Assembly: GCA_963805975.1 (NCBI GenBank)
Contig: CAWDVR010000003.1
Coordinates: forward strand, 864,001-928,000
From: an uncultured Acidobacteriota bacterium
Lineage (GTDB): Bacteria; Acidobacteriota; Thermoanaerobaculia; Multivoradales; SZUA-115
Direction of reading: 5' to 3'
DNA length: 64,000 bases
A program made the position numbers and the translations under genes. Shown in pieces: positions 47,300 through 56,675 of the stretch. Positions within the stretch are counted from its first letter, which is position 1. Every line of letters starts with the position of its first letter. The notes under the pieces were generated by a model that saw only the letters and a list, made by a program, of their open reading frames with translations, did not search any database and was not told where the DNA came from.

Positions 47300-49953
47300 G
47301 CGCCGGCTGCGGTTGCGCGGTCTCCGGCAGCTCCTGCGGCTGCTGCGAGGGCGCGGCGCGCCCGACCCCTCGGCGCATCGCGAACCGGCCCTCGCTCAGG
47401 GCGGTGGCCTACCGGATCGGCACCTACGCGGACTTCCGGCAGTCGATGCTCGCCGGCATCGCCCGCCGGCCCGAGCTTCTGGGGCTGAACACCCGGGCGA
47501 GCGACGACTACGGCATCAACCTGCTCGAGCTGTGGGCGGCGGTCGGCGACGTCCTCACCTTCTACCAGGAGCGCTACGCCAACGAGGCCTTCCTCGGCAC
47601 CGCCACCTTCCGCGAGTCGGTGGCGAAGCTGACCGCGCTCTTGGGCTACGAGCCGCGGCCGGGCATGGCGGCCCGCACCTGGCTGGCCTTCACCCTCGAC
47701 GCCGGCAAGAGCCTGACCGTGCCGGCGGGCCAGAAGGTGCAGAGCGTGCCGGGGGAAGGCCAGCTTCCGCAGACCTACGAGACGCTCGCTCCGGTGGCGG
47801 CCGACGCACGCTTCAACCGGCTGCGGGTCTACCCCTGGCCGCTGCCCTGGAACCACCTCCACGTGGGCCGCACCTCGGCGGTGCTCGACCGCCTGGAGGG
47901 CCCGGCCCTGGCGGGCGGTCTCGCGCCCGGAGACACGTTGGTGCTCTTCAACGGCGGGCAGGCGGACGCTCTCGAAGAGAAGAAGATCGCCTCGATCGAG
48001 CGCCAGGACGACCGCGTGCTGCTCACCTGGACGGAGCCCGTGGAGCGGACCACCTGGCTGGGCTCGACGCGCGTCTTCGAGCGCAAGCGCAGCTTCCGTC
48101 TCTTCGGCCACGACGCGCCGCCGCACTTCATGGTGCCCACCGAGAACCCGCCCGGCCGCTTCACCTGGTCGATGCTCCACATCACGGACTACGGGCTCAT
48201 CTCGAGCAACGTCCTGTACCTCGATGGCCGCTACGAGGGCCTGGCGCCGGGCAGAAAGCTGCTGGTGGCCGACACCCGGCCGACCGGCCGGAAGTTCCTG
48301 GTGACGGTCCAGTCCGTGGCCCAGGCGAGCGCCGCCTTCGGCTCGGTCGCGGCCACGGTGACCACGCTCACGGTCGCCGTCGATCCCGGCCAGGGGACCA
48401 ACACCCTGCCCGCCATCCCGGACCGGCGCGCGGCCGTGATCGTCGAGCTCGAAGGGCCGCCGGTGCGCTTCTGGAACGGCGCCTACTCGCCGAAGCTCCA
48501 GGGTGACGAGGTCTACCTGCCGGGCGTGGTGGTCGAAACCGCGCAGGGCCTGGCCCTGGAGGTGGGGCGCACGGCGCTGGCCAACGGCTTCGCGCCGGGC
48601 GTGGTGATCGCGCCGGCCGACCTGGTGAAGCGCCGGACCGTGCTGATCGAGAGCGCCACGGCCGAGCCCCTGCTGGCCACGGTGAAGCCCACGCCGCGCA
48701 TCGAGCCCGCGGACGCCCCGCCCGGCAGCTTCGCGCACCTGGTGGTGCCGCTGGAGCTCGACGGCGCGCTCAACACGCACGCCACGGCCTCGGCGGTGCT
48801 CTCGGGCAACGTGGCCGAGGCGAGCCACGGCGAGACCGTGTCCACTGAGCCGCTGGGGAGCGGCAGCGCCACCGCCGCCTTCCAGCGCTTTGTGCTGCAG
48901 AAGAGCCCGCTGACTCGCCTGCCCGCCGCCACCGCCGAGGGCGCGGCGCCCAGCCTCGAGGTGTGGGTGAACGGCGTGCGCTGGAACCGGGCGACGCAGC
49001 TCTTCGGCCAGCCGGCCGGGGCCGCGGTCTACGAGCTGCGCCAGGCGGAGGACGGCGCCGCGATCGTGCAGTTCGGCGACGGCGAGACCGGGGCACGGCT
49101 GCCCACCGGCCGCGGCAACGTCACCGCCACCTACCGCCAGGGCTCGGGCCTCGCCGGGCGGGTGGCGGCGCGCTCGCTCACCACGCTCCTCGCCAAGCCC
49201 GTGGGCCTGGCGGCGGCGGTCAACCCGCTGGCGGCCGAGGGCGGCGCCGACCCGGAGACCGCGGCCTCCGCCCGCCTGAGCGCGCCGGCCTCGGTGCGCA
49301 CCTTCGGCCGGGCGGTGTCGCTCGAGGACTTCGAGTCCCTGGTCAAGGCCTCGGGGGAGGTGGCCAAGGCCGCCGCCACCTGGGTTTGGGACGGCCTGGA
49401 GCGGGCCATCCACCTCACCGTGGCGGGCCAGGCCGGCGGCAGCTTCTCCGAGCAGGCGCAGCGGGACCTGGTGGCGAACCTCGGTGCGGTGCGCGACCCC
49501 AACCACCGGCTGCGGATCGACAACTACCATCCGGTGTCGGTCGAGCTCGAGGCCGGCCTCGGGATCGAGCCCGACCACGATCCGGACACGGTCCTCGAGG
49601 CGGCCCGGGCGGCGGCGCTCGCGGCCCTCTCCTTCGACGCGCTGGAGCTCGGCCGGTCGCTCCACCTGTCCGACCTCTACCGCGTGCTGCAGGAGGTGCC
49701 GGGGGTGCGCTTCGTGGACGTGGGCAAGTTCCTCTTCAAGCGGCCCACGGGCATGCTGGGCTGGCTCTTCCCCTTCTTCCTCAAGGCGCGCGGCGTGACC
49801 TTCCTGGCGCCCCTCGTCCCGGCGCCGGTGCAGGGCCACCTGCGGATCTTCGCGGCGCGGCCATGGGTGGGGCAGCCGGGCCGCGTGCGCCCGGCCGAGC
49901 TGGCGGTGCTCGAGTCGCCGGACGACCTCGTGCTCACGGTGCGGGAGGGCTAG
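47296..49953 (+). CDS. Second baseplate J-like protein
   Basis: N-terminal CGC...CGCCEG, DVLTFYQERYANEAFLGTA, VQFGDG..GARLPTG, RAVSLEDF; ATGA overlap. Confidence 0.9.
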   Translation: MSAGCGCAVSGSSCGCCEGAARPTPRRIANRPSLRAVAYRIGTYADFRQSMLAGIARRPELLGLNTRASDDYGINLLELWAAVGDVLTFYQERYANEAFLGTATFRESVAKLTALLGYEPRPGMAARTWLAFTLDAGKSLTVPAGQKVQSVPGEGQLPQTYETLAPVAADARFNRLRVYPWPLPWNHLHVGRTSAVLDRLEGPALAGGLAPGDTLVLFNGGQADALEEKKIASIERQDDRVLLTWTEPVERTTWLGSTRVFERKRSFRLFGHDAPPHFMVPTENPPGRFTWSMLHITDYGLISSNVLYLDGRYEGLAPGRKLLVADTRPTGRKFLVTVQSVAQASAAFGSVAATVTTLTVAVDPGQGTNTLPAIPDRRAAVIVELEGPPVRFWNGAYSPKLQGDEVYLPGVVVETAQGLALEVGRTALANGFAPGVVIAPADLVKRRTVLIESATAEPLLATVKPTPRIEPADAPPGSFAHLVVPLELDGALNTHATASAVLSGNVAEASHGETVSTEPLGSGSATAAFQRFVLQKSPLTRLPAATAEGAAPSLEVWVNGVRWNRATQLFGQPAGAAVYELRQAEDGAAIVQFGDGETGARLPTGRGNVTATYRQGSGLAGRVAARSLTTLLAKPVGLAAAVNPLAAEGGADPETAASARLSAPASVRTFGRAVSLEDFESLVKASGEVAKAAATWVWDGLERAIHLTVAGQAGGSFSEQAQRDLVANLGAVRDPNHRLRIDNYHPVSVELEAGLGIEPDHDPDTVLEAARAAALAALSFDALELGRSLHLSDLYRVLQEVPGVRFVDVGKFLFKRPTGMLGWLFPFFLKARGVTFLAPLVPAPVQGHLRIFAARPWVGQPGRVRPAELAVLESPDDLVLTVREG

Positions 49954-49958
49954 GAAAA

Positions 49959-52247
49959 ATGGCCGACAATTCCTCGAGCTCTTCTGGGGGCCGCCTCTAC
50001 GAGCTGCTGCCCGCGGTCTACCGCCAGCAGGACGCCGAGCAGGGCTATCCGCTCCGCGGTCTGCTCGCCCTGGTCACCGAGCAGGCGGACCTCCTGGACG
50101 CCGACATCGCGCGGCTCTGGGACGACCTCTTCATCGAGACCTGCCAGCCCTGGGTGATCCCCTACATCGGCGAGCTGGTGGGCAACCGCCTGCTCTCGGA
50201 CGGCGGCCGGGCCGCGATGGTGGACCGCGCCCGCGAGGCCTTCCCGGACCTCCTCGGGCCGGACCTGCTGCCGCCGCCCGTGGTGCGCACCCGCACCGAC
50301 GTGGCCAAGACCATCTACTACCGCCGGCGGAAGGGCACGCCGCCGATGCTCGAGGAGCTGGCCCGCGACGTGACCGGCTGGCCGGCGCACGCGGTGGAGC
50401 TCTTCGAGCTCCTGGGCTGGCACCAGCACCTGGAGCATTACCGGCCGCAGAGCGCCTGGGTGGACGTGCGGCGGGTGGACCGCATGGAGCGGGTGGAGGG
50501 CGCCTTCGACGAGGCCAGCCACACCGTGGACGTGCGGCCGATCTCGACCTCCGAGGGCTGGCACAACCTGCGCAACGTGGGCTTCTTCCTCTACCGGCTG
50601 GGCGCCTACGAGCTCCGCCGCGTGCCGGCCCGCCGCGGTGCCCAGCCCTGGCAGTTCCACTCGAGCCCCCTGGGCAACCCGGCGCCGCTCTTCTCCCGCT
50701 GGCGGCGCGAGGGCGACGAGGCCGGCCTGGCGACCGAGCTCCACGTGCCGGCGCCGATCCGCCGCGGCCTCTTCTACGAGGACCTGCAGCGCTACAAGAA
50801 CCTGCCGCCCACCCGGCCGGCCTCGACCGACCTCTACGGCTTCGACCCGGACCGCAGCCTGGCGATCGAGCGCAACGGCGTCCCCGTGGCGCCCAGCCAG
50901 GACCCGACCGCACCGCTCGGCTCCTATGAGCCGGAGGTCGTCTGCCGGCGGCTCGATCCGTGGCCGGCAGTGCAGCCCAGCGGCCGGGTGATCGCCGTCG
51001 ACGTGGCCAGCAGCCGCCTGGCGGTGGGGGACGGCTGGGCGGACGCCACGGACTCGCTCGACGTCTCCTACCACTACGGCTTCCCGGCCGAGATCGGCGG
51101 CGGCCCCTACGAGCGGGCGCGCTGGCGGATCGCGCCCGAGGTGGAAGCGCACCGCATCTTCGTCCAGGAGGGCGTGATCGGCCCCACGACCTTCCCGGAC
51201 GTGGTGCAGGCCCTGGCCCATTGGGCCGGGCCGCTCGCCCACGAGCGCACGATCATCACCCTGCTCGACAGCCGTACCTACGAGCTGCCGGCCTCCATCA
51301 CACTCTCGAACGAGGCCTTCCTCGCCCTCGAAGCGGCGAACGGGGAGCGGCCCCTGCTGCAGACTCAAGGCCCGGGCCTCGAGGTCCGGGTCAGCCCGCC
51401 CGCCAACCCGGCCGACCCCGACCGCCAGGGCAGCTTGACGTTGGGCGGCGTGGCGGTCGAGGGCCATGTGCGGGTGACGGGCGACCTCGGCTTCCTGCGT
51501 TTGATTCACTCGACCCTGGTGCCGGGCCGCCGCCTGGCCGACGACGGCAGTCCGTCCGTGCTCGCGCCCAGCCTGCTGATCGCGGCCGGGCCGGCCGGCG
51601 CACCGCTCAACACCCAGCTCGAGGTGCAGATCGCGGCCAGCATCCTGGGCGCGATCGAGGCGCCCGCGCACTGCCGCGTCTTCGCCATCGACTCGATCCT
51701 CGACGCCCTGGGCGACGGCCGGCGCGCGGTCGCTGCCGCTGCCGGGCGGCCTGGCCCGGCCCTCGATCTCGAGCGCTCGACGGTGCTCGGCGCGCTCCAC
51801 GTGCGCGAGCTCGCGATGAGCGAGTCGATCGCCACCGGGCACGTCGAGACCGTGCGCACCCAGGAGGGCTGCGTGCGCTTCAGCTTCGTACGCGCCGGCT
51901 CGCGCACGCCGCGCCGCTTCCGCTGCCAGCCGGACCTGGCCGTGGCCAAGGCGCTGGAGGAGGCGCTCGCCAGGAACCCGCTTCTTTCGCCCGCCCTCCA
52001 GGCCCAGATCCGGGCCGCGCAGGTGGCGCGGGTGGTGCCGGGCTTCACCAGCCGGAGCTACGGCCGGCCGGCCTACGCCCAGCTCGCCCTCGCCGCGCCG
52101 GTCGAGATCAGGAAGGGCGCCGAGGACGGCGCCGAGATGGGCGTCTATTCGCACTTGAAACAGCCGCAGCGCGAGAGCAACCTGCGCCTGCGGCTCGACG
52201 AGTACCTGCCGTTCGGGCTCGAGGCGGGCCTGATCTACGTCACCTAG
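49959..52247 (+). CDS. Phage tail/baseplate protein (P2 gpI-like N-terminus)
   Basis: LYELLPAVYR..D, FIETC..WVIPYIG, YRRRKGT, C-terminal GCVRFS...EYLPFGL. Confidence 0.85.
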   Translation: MADNSSSSSGGRLYELLPAVYRQQDAEQGYPLRGLLALVTEQADLLDADIARLWDDLFIETCQPWVIPYIGELVGNRLLSDGGRAAMVDRAREAFPDLLGPDLLPPPVVRTRTDVAKTIYYRRRKGTPPMLEELARDVTGWPAHAVELFELLGWHQHLEHYRPQSAWVDVRRVDRMERVEGAFDEASHTVDVRPISTSEGWHNLRNVGFFLYRLGAYELRRVPARRGAQPWQFHSSPLGNPAPLFSRWRREGDEAGLATELHVPAPIRRGLFYEDLQRYKNLPPTRPASTDLYGFDPDRSLAIERNGVPVAPSQDPTAPLGSYEPEVVCRRLDPWPAVQPSGRVIAVDVASSRLAVGDGWADATDSLDVSYHYGFPAEIGGGPYERARWRIAPEVEAHRIFVQEGVIGPTTFPDVVQALAHWAGPLAHERTIITLLDSRTYELPASITLSNEAFLALEAANGERPLLQTQGPGLEVRVSPPANPADPDRQGSLTLGGVAVEGHVRVTGDLGFLRLIHSTLVPGRRLADDGSPSVLAPSLLIAAGPAGAPLNTQLEVQIAASILGAIEAPAHCRVFAIDSILDALGDGRRAVAAAAGRPGPALDLERSTVLGALHVRELAMSESIATGHVETVRTQEGCVRFSFVRAGSRTPRRFRCQPDLAVAKALEEALARNPLLSPALQAQIRAAQVARVVPGFTSRSYGRPAYAQLALAAPVEIRKGAEDGAEMGVYSHLKQPQRESNLRLRLDEYLPFGLEAGLIYVT

Positions 52248-52256
52248 GGGGACATC

Positions 52257-55200
52257 ATGCCCGGCGACCACACTCGCTTCTCCTTCGACCCGTTCGACGA
52301 CCACATCGGCGTGCGCATGCAGCAGGGCCGCGTCATGCTCGACGCGGACTTCAACGAGCTGGTCGAGATCCTCGACCGCCGCACCCGCGCCGGCACGCTC
52401 GACACCCTGGGCCGCGCGGTGGTGCCCGCCGAGACCCCGGACGGCTTCGAGATCGCGATCGGCGGCGCCTCGGTGACCATCGGCCCCGGCCGCCTGTACG
52501 TGGACGGCCAGCTCGCCGAGAACCACGGCCTCGTGCCGCGCGTCTGGGAGCGGCACCTCGCCGAGGAGCGGGGCACCCTGCCCGTGCCCTACGAGGAGCA
52601 GCCCTACTTCCCCAACGTGGCCGTCGAGGCGCCCTTCCCGGCGGCCGGCGGCCCCCACCTGGTGTACCTCGATGTCTGGCAGCGCGAGCTCACCCATCTC
52701 GAGGACCCGGAGCTTCTCGAGAAGGCCCTGGGCGTCGACACCGCCACCCGCCTCCAGACCGTGTGGCAGGTGAAGGTGCTGGCGGACGTGGACGGCAACT
52801 GCGCCACTCCCGACGGCCAGATCCCGGCCTGGGTGGCCGCCACCGCGCCCTCGGCAGGCCGGCTCACCACCGCGGCGGTCGGCGTGCCGACCTCGAACGA
52901 CCCCTGCGTCGTCAACCCCGCGGGCGGCTACCGCGGCACCGAGAACCGGCTCTACCGCGTGGAGGTCCACACGCCCGGACTGCTGGGCGACGCGACCTTC
53001 AAGTGGTCCCGCGACAACGGCTCGGTGGGCGCGGCAGTCACCGCGATCAGCGCCGGGCGCGACCGCCTGACCGTGTCGCGCACCCGCCGGGATGCCGTGC
53101 TGCGCTTCTCGGCCAACGACTGGGTGGAGGTGACGGACGACTGGACCGAGCTCGCCGGCCGCCCCGGGGTGATGGCCAAGGTGCTCTCCGTGGACGACGT
53201 GGCCGAGACCCTGACGCTCACCGCGCCGCTGCCGGCCGGGGCCTTCGACGAGGCGGCGCCGGCCGGCCGCCGCACTCGGGTGCGGCGCTGGGACCAGAAG
53301 GGCGTGGTGCTCGACTCGGCCAACAACATCGTGGCCAACGTCGATGTCGGAGGTGGCACCATCCCGGTCGACGCCGCGGCCGCGATGGTGCTCGAAGACG
53401 GCATCGAGGTGAGCTTCGGCGTGGACCCCGCGGGCGGCTCGTTCCGGGTGGGGGACTTCTGGGTGTTCGCCGCCCGCACCGTGGACGCCTCGGTCGAGAT
53501 CCTCACCCAGGCCCCGCCGCGGGGCATCCACCACCACTACGCGCGGCTCGCCATGGTGACCTTTCCGGGCAGCGTCGAGGACTGCCGAGTCCCCTGGCCG
53601 AGCTTCGGCCGGAGCTGCTGCACGCGCGTGGTGCGGCCGGGAGAGAGCATCCAGGCGGCGATCGACTCGCTGCCCGCCGCCGGCGGCTGCGTGTGCCTGA
53701 AGGTGGGGGTCCACGAGATCCGGGACACGATCCGCATCGCGAGGTCGAACATCCACTTCCACGGCGAGAGCTCGGGCGCGGTGGTGCGAAGCCGCGAGTT
53801 CATCACCTTGCTGCGGATCGGTGATGCCGAGGGCCGGCCGGTGACCGACGTGAAGGTCGAGAGCCTGGGCTTCGAGCTCGCGGTGCCGGGCGACAACGTC
53901 GTGGCACTGATCGACGTGGTGCGCGCGGCGGACGTCACCATCACCGACTGCCGCGCCGCCTGTCTCGAGTCCCGTGCCGTCTCCGGCATCCGCCTGGTGC
54001 GAGCGGACCGCACCGTGCTCGACCGGCTGGAGGTCTCCGGTGTGCGCCTGGGGGTGTGGGCCACGGAGCGCTCGCGGTCGGTCGAGGTGCTGGACTGCCG
54101 GCTGACCAACCTCGTCGTCCGCCAGGACCCGCCGGGCGACTGCGGCATTCTCCTCGAGGAGATCGTCGACACGGGCGCGCTCCAGGGCTCGCGCGTCGAA
54201 GGCAACCGCATCTCGGGCTTCCTGCTCGGCATCGTGGTCAACAACAACTCGCTCTTCGGCATACCGACCTCGCTGGCCGAGGGCGCGCTGGTCCTGCGCA
54301 ACGAGATCTTCCGCTCCCGGCTCGACGCGGAGGAAGGAGGCCCCAGGCTCTGGGGCATCGACGTCGCCGCGGCGCGCTGCCTGGTCGAGGGCAACGTGCT
54401 GCTCTACGACGGCACGGCGTACGGCGGCATCCGCATGGCCGGAGACCAGGGCCGGGTGGAGGGCAACCTGCTCGTGGCCCCGGTCCGCGACCTGGCCGGT
54501 TCCCTGCCGCTCGCCATCCTCGTGGGTACCGAGGAGCCCGGGGAGGTCGGCTTCGGCGACGGCGCCGTGGTCTCCGGCAACCGGGTCCTCGGTGCGCAGG
54601 ACGGCATCCTGCTCCGCGAGGTGGTGGAGGTCGAGGTGATCGGCAACCAGATCGGCGGCGAGAACACCGGCCTCCGCGTCGCGCTCGGTCTGTTGAAGGC
54701 GCGGGCGGCGACGATCGCCGGCAACCGAATCCGTGGGGCTGCCTTCGCGCTCCTCGCCACGGGCGGGGTGGGCAACCGCCTGCTGGACAACCGGATCACG
54801 GACTGCCAGATCGCGATCTGGACGGTCTCCGAGACCGACCTCGAAGTGCGCGGCAATCACGTGGAGAACGTCGCCTGGGCAGGGTTCATGGGCTTCTCCG
54901 CCCTGGGCGTCACGCGGCTCGTGGACAACCGCTTCCTCCACTGTGCCTACGGCGCCCCGTCCAACGCCTCGGCCGCGGTGCTGGCGACCTCGCTGGCCTT
55001 CCTGCCGCAGAGCGAGGTGATCGTCGACTCGTGCGAGATCCGCGATGCCGGCGTGTCCCCCGGCGGCGCTCCCATCGCCCAGGCGGTCTCGGGCATCTGG
55101 GTCTGGGCCCTCTCCGCAACCGTGCGCGGCAACCGGCTCCATTTCACCGACGTGGCCAAGGTCGCCGCCAACCTCGAGCACCGGGCGATCTTCCTCGCCG

Positions 55201-55604
55201 GCGGGCCCGGCCTGCTCGAGAGCCGGACGACCTTCGGCTCGGCGCACGTGGTCGACAACCGGGTGACCGGTGCCGCGCTCACCTTCCTGATCCAGGTGCT
55301 GCGCCTGCCGCTCGCCAACAACATCGCCCTGGTCTTCGATCGCGTCACCTTCAGCCAGAACGCGTGCGAGCACATCGGCTCGGCCGGGGCCACTGGCACC
55401 ACGCAGGCCACGGTCTCTCTTGCCGGCATGCGGATGATCGTCTCCGGCAACCACGTGCGGGCCTTCCCGCAGCAGTTCAACTCGTTCCACCTCAACAACG
55501 CGACCTCGACGTTCCTCGGCAACGCGCACGACGGCAAGGTCATCGGCATCGGCCTCGTCAAGCCTCTCAACCCCAACGGCAACGATTTCAACGTCCTCGG
55601 CTGA
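52257..55604 (+). CDS. DUF6519 protein with a right-handed beta-helix (tail fibre/receptor-binding)
   Basis: QQGRVMLDADFNE, GYRGTENRLYRVEVH, FKWSRDNGS, HHYARLA, followed by PbH1-type repeats. Confidence 0.88.
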   Translation: MPGDHTRFSFDPFDDHIGVRMQQGRVMLDADFNELVEILDRRTRAGTLDTLGRAVVPAETPDGFEIAIGGASVTIGPGRLYVDGQLAENHGLVPRVWERHLAEERGTLPVPYEEQPYFPNVAVEAPFPAAGGPHLVYLDVWQRELTHLEDPELLEKALGVDTATRLQTVWQVKVLADVDGNCATPDGQIPAWVAATAPSAGRLTTAAVGVPTSNDPCVVNPAGGYRGTENRLYRVEVHTPGLLGDATFKWSRDNGSVGAAVTAISAGRDRLTVSRTRRDAVLRFSANDWVEVTDDWTELAGRPGVMAKVLSVDDVAETLTLTAPLPAGAFDEAAPAGRRTRVRRWDQKGVVLDSANNIVANVDVGGGTIPVDAAAAMVLEDGIEVSFGVDPAGGSFRVGDFWVFAARTVDASVEILTQAPPRGIHHHYARLAMVTFPGSVEDCRVPWPSFGRSCCTRVVRPGESIQAAIDSLPAAGGCVCLKVGVHEIRDTIRIARSNIHFHGESSGAVVRSREFITLLRIGDAEGRPVTDVKVESLGFELAVPGDNVVALIDVVRAADVTITDCRAACLESRAVSGIRLVRADRTVLDRLEVSGVRLGVWATERSRSVEVLDCRLTNLVVRQDPPGDCGILLEEIVDTGALQGSRVEGNRISGFLLGIVVNNNSLFGIPTSLAEGALVLRNEIFRSRLDAEEGGPRLWGIDVAAARCLVEGNVLLYDGTAYGGIRMAGDQGRVEGNLLVAPVRDLAGSLPLAILVGTEEPGEVGFGDGAVVSGNRVLGAQDGILLREVVEVEVIGNQIGGENTGLRVALGLLKARAATIAGNRIRGAAFALLATGGVGNRLLDNRITDCQIAIWTVSETDLEVRGNHVENVAWAGFMGFSALGVTRLVDNRFLHCAYGAPSNASAAVLATSLAFLPQSEVIVDSCEIRDAGVSPGGAPIAQAVSGIWVWALSATVRGNRLHFTDVAKVAANLEHRAIFLAGGPGLLESRTTFGSAHVVDNRVTGAALTFLIQVLRLPLANNIALVFDRVTFSQNACEHIGSAGATGTTQATVSLAGMRMIVSGNHVRAFPQQFNSFHLNNATSTFLGNAHDGKVIGIGLVKPLNPNGNDFNVLG

Positions 55605-55627
55605 GCGCCCGAGACCCGGAGACACCC

Positions 55628-55984
55628 ATGGCCATCGACACCATCCGAGAGCTGCTGAAGAATCACCAGGAGCTGCTGGAGCGCAACCGGCCGCGGCTCG
55701 ACGCGGTGCGCGAGGGCGGCAGGCTGCCACCGGAAGAGGTGCGCAAGCAGAAGGACGAGGAGATCGCCGCGCTCCGCGAGCGGCTGACCGAGACCGCAGC
55801 GGCCCGCCGCAAGGCGCTCGAACGCTATGACAGCGAGATCCAGCGCCTCAAAGACGACCTCGCCCGCCTGGAAGAGGGTGGCAAGAAGGTCGACGAGGTG
55901 CTCAGCGGCAAGCCAAGGCCCATCGCCAAGCCCAAGGCCAAAGCCAGTGGTGCGAAGAAGGAGCGGGTGGGTAGGAAGAAGTAG
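55628..55984 (+). CDS. Small coiled-coil protein with basic tail (last gene of the eCIS operon)
   Basis: GGAG RBS, heptad-rich 118 aa. Confidence 0.65.
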   Translation: MAIDTIRELLKNHQELLERNRPRLDAVREGGRLPPEEVRKQKDEEIAALRERLTETAAARRKALERYDSEIQRLKDDLARLEEGGKKVDEVLSGKPRPIAKPKAKASGAKKERVGRKK

Positions 55985-56000
55985 GACGATTTTGCAGCGA

Positions 56001-56140
56001 AGGGCGCCACCCCCCGACTCCGCCGAACAGAGCCGCCTCTCTCCGGCCCCCTCTCCCGCTCGCGGGAGAGGGCTGGGGTGAGGGCGCGTTACGAAGGCCG
56101 CTGACGCGACAAGCAAGGAGAGGGCTGGGGTGAGGGCGCT
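56001..56140. repeat. BoxC-like palindromic repeats left of DUF559
   Basis: CCCCCTCTCCCGCTCGCGGGAGAGGGCTGGGGTGAGGG plus a half copy GGAGAGGGCTGGGGTGAGGGCGCT (56117-56140). Confidence 0.9.
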
Positions 56141-56160
56141 GCGCATGCGAGGATCATCCA

Positions 56161-56538
56161 GTGAAGGCGCGCAGCGGTTCCGTGACTCGAGCCCGAGAGC
56201 TGCGGCGGGTCGCCACTGAGGCGGAGAAGGCACTGTGGGAGGAGCTGCGAGATCGCAAGCTCGGCGGGTTCAAGTTTCGCCGTCAGGTCCCCGTCGGAGC
56301 CTTCGTGCTCGACCTCTACTGCGCCCAGTCACGCCTCGCCGTAGAGGTGGACGGCGGCGGTCACGCCGAGGCCCAGCAGGCGGCCTACGACGACGAGCGC
56401 ACACAGCTCCTGGCTCGACGAGGCATCCGGCTGCTGCGATTCTGGAACGACGACGTGATGAGGCACCGCGAGGCGGTATTGGAGAGGATTCTGCGCGAGT
56501 TGGAGGGAGGCAGCAGCCGCGACGGCGAGGAATCTTGA
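56161..56538 (+). CDS. DUF559 (YcjD/Vsr-like) endonuclease domain protein
   Basis: ARELRR..TEAE..LW..LR, KFRRQ, DLYC, VEVDGGGH, LRFWN. Confidence 0.92.
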   Translation: MKARSGSVTRARELRRVATEAEKALWEELRDRKLGGFKFRRQVPVGAFVLDLYCAQSRLAVEVDGGGHAEAQQAAYDDERTQLLARRGIRLLRFWNDDVMRHREAVLERILRELEGGSSRDGEES

Positions 56539-56659
56539 GCGCCCTCACCCCGACCCTCTCCCGCGAGCGGGAGAGGGCGCCACCGCCCGACCCCGCCGAA
56601 CAGAGCTGCCTCTCTCCGGCCCCCTCTCCCGCTCGCGGGAGAGGGCTGGGGTGAGGGGG
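56538..56659. repeat. BoxC-like palindromic doublet right of DUF559
   Basis: GCCCTCACCCCGACCCTCTCCCGCGAGCGGGAGAGGG-spacer-CCCCCTCTCCCGCTCGCGGGAGAGGGCTGGGGTGAGGG. Confidence 0.9.
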
Positions 56660-56675
56660 CGCTACGCAGGCCGCC

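Noticed and set aside
49950-55730. 1926 aa minus-strand ORF and other long antisense ORFs (3689-6196, 25536-27848, 44012-47065, 47101-49839)
   Set aside because: These are shadow frames of high-GC3 plus-strand genes, with no recognisable motifs.
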